A DNA stretch of 64,000 nucleotides, counting the filler, from Candidatus Babelota bacterium (lineage in GTDB: Bacteria > JAGOBX01): NCBI GenBank assembly GCA_017999075.1. It is 13 parts of 13 records of this genome, joined end to end, with 100 filler letters (N's around TTAATTAATTAA, not from the genome) between each part and the next. Parts side by side here need not be neighbours in the genome. Positions count along the whole stretch, not along the records: positions 58,034 to 64,000 come from JAGOBX010000245.1; 12 more parts are not named here. The stretch is one strand, 5' to 3'. A model generated the notes under the pieces. That model searched no databases. It was not told where the DNA came from and saw only the letters and a program-made list of their open reading frames with translations. Both the position numbers and the translations under genes were made by a program. Positions 59,602-64,000 of this stretch are shown piece by piece (the first letter of the stretch is position 1; every line of letters begins with the position of its first letter).

Positions 59602-60284
59602 ATGAGCATTCACATTGGAGCCAAAGAAAATGAAATAGCTGAAACTGTCTTAATGTCGGGAGATCCGCTGCGAGCGAAGCATATAGCGGAAAATCTTCTT
59701 GAAAAATCTGTATGTTACAATCAAGTTCGAGGAATGTATGGATATACCGGATATTATAAAGGAAAACGGGTATCTGTTCAGGGATCAGGGATGGGAGCTC
59801 CTTCTATAGCTATTTATGCTAATGAACTTGTTAAGGAATATAAAGTAAAACAGATTATCAGGATAGGAACATGCGGGTCAATTCAGCCTGAAATAAAAAT
59901 TAAAGATGTTGTACTTGCAATGAGCGCATCTGCCGATTTTACTTTGAATGATATGAGGTTTAACGGTATGACATATGCTCCGTGCGCAGATTTCGGTTTG
60001 CTTTATAAAGCTTATAATTCTTCTGTAGAAAAAAAAATTCATACACATATAGGAAATGTTTTAAATACAAATGATTTTTATTATGACGGCGGCGATATTT
60101 ATTGGAAACGCTGGGCAGAATACGGAGTTCTTGCCATAGATATGGAATCATTTGCGCTTTATACTATTGCATCAAAAAATCATGTTAAGGCGTTAACTTT
60201 GTTGACTGTAAGCGATAGTTTCATAACTCATGAAAAAGCTTCTGCTGAAGAGAGGCAGCTTGCTTTTATTAAAATGGTTGATAT
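59602..60284 (+). CDS. deoD: purine nucleoside phosphorylase (DeoD type), end lost in a gap
   Basis: HIGA, GDPLRA, RGM.GYTG, GMGAPS, RIGTCG, DMES, VSD. Confidence 0.95.
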
Positions 60285-60332
60285 NNNNNNNNNNNNNNNN
60301 NNNNNNNNNNNNNNNNNNNNNNNNNNNNNNNN
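60285..60332. other. intra-scaffold gap (48 N, no stop linker)
   Basis: Lacks TTAATTAATTAA, so the two flanks probably belong to one scaffold. Confidence 0.85.
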
Positions 60333-60344
60333 GAAAAATTATAA

Positions 60345-60758
60345 CTAAGTTTCTTTAGGGAAAAAAGATATTATAGTTGAATAATTTTTTGATTTGTCAT
60401 TTACTGTGTCAAATAATTTTTTATTATTGCATTTTATCCAGCTATGACCTTCAAGTTTTGTTTGGTTTGAAATCCCTATGTGAAATTCAAATTCCGGAGC
60501 TACATATTTGTTTAGCAAGTGATATAAAAGTAATGACTTTTCAAGGCAGTTAGGATTGGAACTAAGTATTTTTGAGAATCTGGTTACCCATTTATCATAC
60601 CAGCACGGCGGCACGTTTTTTTTAATAAATATTTTAGGAACGTAAATACCGGCCAGTTTTTTTATATTTATTTTACGTTTTAATAATTTTACAAACAGAA
60701 TATTTAAAATTATCCAAATAATAATTTTAATTTTGAATAATTTCGATGATTTTTTCAT
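60345..60758 (-). CDS. lasso peptide B2-like transglutaminase-family peptidase
   Basis: NCLEKS (Cys), HIGI, EGHSWI (His), LFD. Likely start ATG 60758. Confidence 0.78.
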   Translation of the reverse strand: MKKSSKLFKIKIIIWIILNILFVKLLKRKINIKKLAGIYVPKIFIKKNVPPCWYDKWVTRFSKILSSNPNCLEKSLLLYHLLNKYVAPEFEFHIGISNQTKLEGHSWIKCNNKKLFDTVNDKSKNYSTIISFFPKET

Positions 60759-61017
60759 TTTCAAGTTCTGACAAAAATTCGGAAATTTCTTTTTCAATCT
60801 GAATTCTGCTGAAGCGTTCAAATTCAAAAGATGAAGATAAAAATTTAATTATATCGTCAATACCGCATTCTTTTTTTTGTTTTATGAACTCGAATATTTC
60901 AATTCCTGATTTTTTGATTCCGTAATAACAACTGTTTGTCAGGTTTAAAATAATCAGTTCATCGTTTAACTGCCTTGAAATAATATCGTCATTAATTATA
61001 ATTTTTTTTGTTTTCAT
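60727..61017 (-). CDS. PqqD-family RiPP recognition element (lasso B1-like)
   Basis: DELIILNL..SCYYGI..SG.EIFE...DDII..L...F...EISEFLSELENEKII. Confidence 0.85.
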   Translation of the reverse strand: MKTKKIIINDDIISRQLNDELIILNLTNSCYYGIKKSGIEIFEFIKQKKECGIDDIIKFLSSSFEFERFSRIQIEKEISEFLSELENEKIIEIIQN

Positions 61018-61020
61018 ATT

Positions 61021-63804
61021 TTATCCTGCATTATTTAGTGAATTTAAAACTTTTTCAGGAGTAATAGGAAGTGAATAAATATGGAATCCGAGAGCGTCAT
61101 ATAAAGCGTTATTTACTGCAGGAACTACAGAAGCATAAGCAACTTCGCCGACTGCCTTCAAACCATATGGACCTGTAGGTTCGTGAGATTCAATAAACAA
61201 TACTTTGATTCCTGGTTTTTCGAATATAGTTGGAATTTTATATGACAGCAGATCTGTTTCTATTATTTTTCCAGATTTGGTATAATTCATATTTTCATAT
61301 AATGTATAACCCAGAGCCTGCATAGTAGTGCCTTCAATTTGTCCTTCTGCAAGAACAGGATTAACGATTTTTCCGCAATCTAAAACCTGAACAATGTTAA
61401 CAACTTTTATTTTTCCTGTTTTTATATTAACATCAATATCTGCAAAAGTAGCGACAAACGGCGGAGCTGAATTTTCTTTTTTTACTGTAACGCTGAATAC
61501 TGTTTCAACAGGTTTTAAATCTGCAAATATTAAGCGTGATATATAATCCAGACCAAATGATTTATTATCTGTAATTATTTTTGAGTTTTTTAAAAATAAT
61601 TTAGATTCATCTATTTCGAATTTTTTTGAAACCCAGCTGATTATTTGTAATTTGAGTTTTTCGCATGCCTGCCTGACTGCTTCTCCGGCAAAATATGTAG
61701 TATTTGAGGCATAAGCACCGGAATCATAAGGCGTAACAGCAGTGTCTGAAGTTATGATATGAATTTTATCTACAGGCAATGATAAGGTTTGTCCTGCAAT
61801 CTGTGTTAATACAGTATCTGCTCCTGTTCCGACATCAACTGCTCCTGTCATCAACTGAATGCTGCCGTCTTCGTTTAAAGACACTGTTACTGAAGATCTT
61901 GTTATATTGGCAATGCCGCTTCCCTGCATGGAAATTGCCATTCCTTTGCCTGTGACAATATTTTTGTCGTGATGTTTTCTGCGTTTTTCGAATTCAATAA
62001 GTTTTTTTCCTTGATTTATCAGGTTTGGAAGTTCGCAAACATTTACAATTTCGCCTTTTGGAAAAGGTTTTACAAATAATGTTTCTACTTGAAGCCGATC
62101 CCCTTTTTTTATATGATTTAAGCTTCTCAGTTTATCAGGTGAAATGTTTAATTTTTTTGCTGCTTCATCAAACAGTGATTCGATTGCGAACATTATTTGT
62201 GGTTCGCCGTATCCGCGAAACGCGCCTGCTGGAGTTTTATTAGTATATATTACTTTTATATCTGTTTTAATATTTGGCGCAGGATATAATGACATTATAC
62301 GCATTATTGCCAATTCTGCTACGGTAGAACCGTGACCTCCGTAAGCGCCTGTATCGGAAATCATATCTGCTTCTAAATTTAGTAATTTTCCTGAATTTGA
62401 AAAACCGAGTTTTAAGTTTGTTTTGAAAGGATGCCTTGTCCGCGCAAATGTAAATTCTTCTTTTCTGGTCATCAGAATTTTAACGGGTTTGTCAAGTATT
62501 GAAGCTGCAAACGCTGCATAATGTTCAATTAAAATTTCCTGTTTTCCTCCAAAACCTCCGCCGATTCTTGGTTTTATGATTCTTACTTTTGAAAAAGGTA
62601 ATTTTAATATACCGGCAACAACCCTTCTGACATCGAATGGAACCTGAGTTGAAGAATATATGTTAATTCTTCCGTATTCGTCTTTAAACGCGATTGCAGT
62701 ATGAGGTTCAAGATGACAATGCTGCTGTTTTGATGTTTCAAAATTATTTTCCACTATTACAGGAATATTTTCCCAGTTGATTTTTCCCTGTTCATAATGA
62801 AATGATGCTGTCAAATTTTTTTCAGGATCTTCGATATTTGTAATTTTTTTATCATTGTGAATTTGAAATTTGGGATTTATATATGAATCTTCAAAATTTA
62901 ATATTACCGGCAATTCTTCATATTCGATTTTAATCAATTTAACAGCTGATTCTGCAATTTTTAAATTTTCGGCGACAACTGCGGCAACAGGTTCTCCGTA
63001 GAATCTGACTTTGTCGTCAAACATCATGGTGTCATAAGGAGAAGGTTCAGGGTAACCCTGAGCAGCAGAAGTATATTTTATTTTCGGGGTGTTTTTATAA
63101 GTCAACACAAGTTTGACTCCGGCTAATTGTTCTGCTTTAGAAGTATCAATATTTTTTATAATTCCGTGAGCAGTATTAGATAATGCGAGTTTCATATAAT
63201 ATTGGCCGGGAAATATCATGTCGCTTGTATATAACGATTTTCCTTGAGTTAATCCGTCGCCGTCGATTTTGTCAATGGGTTTTCCAAATGGTTCGGTTTC
63301 AAATTCGTATGTATTGAAATCAATAGATTTTCTGTTGTTTATTATATCAAAAAATAATTCTGCGCCTTTTATAATTTTTTCGTAACCTGTGCATCTGCAT
63401 AAATTTCCTGATAATTGTTTTATCAAAGTATCTTTATCAGGATTTCTGTTTTCAAAATATAATCCGGCTGTTGACATTATAAAACCGCATGTGCAGAATC
63501 CGCATTGAGAACTTCCTGCGCGCTTGAAAGATAAAGGCAGAAGTTTTAATTCAGAATCGTAATTGATTACACCGTCTATTGTCAGTATTTCTCGTTTTAC
63601 CGATTGAACAGCAAGAATTAAACAGGATAATACAGGTTTTTTATCTATTATAACTGTGCATCCTCCGCAGTTGCCTCCGTCGCATGCCTGTCTGAGCCCT
63701 CTGTATCCTGCTTCTTTAAGTACCTCAATTAATCTGGTTGAGGCATTGACTTCAAATTTTTTTATTTTTCCGTCTATATTTAATTCTATATTTTTTTTTA
63801 TCAT
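61021..63804 (-). CDS. xanthine dehydrogenase-family molybdopterin oxidoreductase with fused 2Fe-2S domains
   Basis: CDGGNCGGC, QCGFC, GNLCRCTGY, STQ, GGGFGGK, AFRGYG, KAVGE. Confidence 0.92.
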   Translation of the reverse strand: MIKKNIELNIDGKIKKFEVNASTRLIEVLKEAGYRGLRQACDGGNCGGCTVIIDKKPVLSCLILAVQSVKREILTIDGVINYDSELKLLPLSFKRAGSSQCGFCTCGFIMSTAGLYFENRNPDKDTLIKQLSGNLCRCTGYEKIIKGAELFFDIINNRKSIDFNTYEFETEPFGKPIDKIDGDGLTQGKSLYTSDMIFPGQYYMKLALSNTAHGIIKNIDTSKAEQLAGVKLVLTYKNTPKIKYTSAAQGYPEPSPYDTMMFDDKVRFYGEPVAAVVAENLKIAESAVKLIKIEYEELPVILNFEDSYINPKFQIHNDKKITNIEDPEKNLTASFHYEQGKINWENIPVIVENNFETSKQQHCHLEPHTAIAFKDEYGRINIYSSTQVPFDVRRVVAGILKLPFSKVRIIKPRIGGGFGGKQEILIEHYAAFAASILDKPVKILMTRKEEFTFARTRHPFKTNLKLGFSNSGKLLNLEADMISDTGAYGGHGSTVAELAIMRIMSLYPAPNIKTDIKVIYTNKTPAGAFRGYGEPQIMFAIESLFDEAAKKLNISPDKLRSLNHIKKGDRLQVETLFVKPFPKGEIVNVCELPNLINQGKKLIEFEKRRKHHDKNIVTGKGMAISMQGSGIANITRSSVTVSLNEDGSIQLMTGAVDVGTGADTVLTQIAGQTLSLPVDKIHIITSDTAVTPYDSGAYASNTTYFAGEAVRQACEKLKLQIISWVSKKFEIDESKLFLKNSKIITDNKSFGLDYISRLIFADLKPVETVFSVTVKKENSAPPFVATFADIDVNIKTGKIKVVNIVQVLDCGKIVNPVLAEGQIEGTTMQALGYTLYENMNYTKSGKIIETDLLSYKIPTIFEKPGIKVLFIESHEPTGPYGLKAVGEVAYASVVPAVNNALYDALGFHIYSLPITPEKVLNSLNNAG

Positions 63805-63841
63805 ATAATTATAACTTTTAAATTTTTAAATATTAAACTGA

Positions 63842-64000
63842 TTAATAATTATTTTTAAAAACTGCTGTTTCAATTAAATATTTTAGTATTTTTTTTCTGT
63901 ATTCAGAAGATGCTCTTACATCTGTTTTAGGGTCAGGCTTGTTTTTTATAATCTCAAAAACAGAATCTATTGTTTCGATTTCATAAAAACATTCTGTATT
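63842..64000 (-). CDS. C-terminus of an FAD-binding subunit of an Xdh/CODH-family enzyme
   Basis: ...PDPKTDVRASSEYRKK... motif directly upstream of the Mo subunit. Confidence 0.7.
   Translation of the reverse strand, partial: NTECFYEIETIDSVFEIIKNKPDPKTDVRASSEYRKKILKYLIETAVFKNNY

Overview
This window is not one locus. It is a pseudo-scaffold of 13 contigs (about 2.5 kb and 11.3 kb) from a very AT-rich, flagellated bacterium, probably a MAG. The contigs are joined by 100-nt N-TTAATTAATTAA-N linkers, so neighbourhoods are valid only within a contig. Core-type content: tRNA-Arg(CCT), gmd, lspA-lgt, a Suv3-like helicase, sugar-nucleotide genes, flgN-flgK, partial rpoC, comEC, and a purine-catabolism cluster (PLP enzyme, deoD, xanthine-dehydrogenase-like genes). 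The accessory content is more interesting. (1) 52806-55224: a zinc anti-sigma/CalpT-like protein is translationally coupled to a Lon-type protease domain (intact Ser-Lys dyad) fused to a STAND/NACHT-like NTPase. This is a candidate NLR-triggered proteolytic signalling or anti-phage cascade resembling CalpL-CalpT but without a visible SAVED domain. (2) 25763-31479: an apparent operon of phage-like PolA, catalytically dead mini-PolC, ClpP-like protease and AAA ATPase. (3) 33515-44835: a mobilizable element with relaxase and MobC-like genes, a Zn-finger primase-helicase carrying an embedded octamer-repeat origin, and a second PolA. Also present are IS3, IS21 and IS1634 traces, a nuclease pseudogene, a palindrome-flanked gene next to a Phd-VapC pair, and an orphan lasso B1/B2 pair. 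All family calls come from motif recognition by eye; no searches were run.
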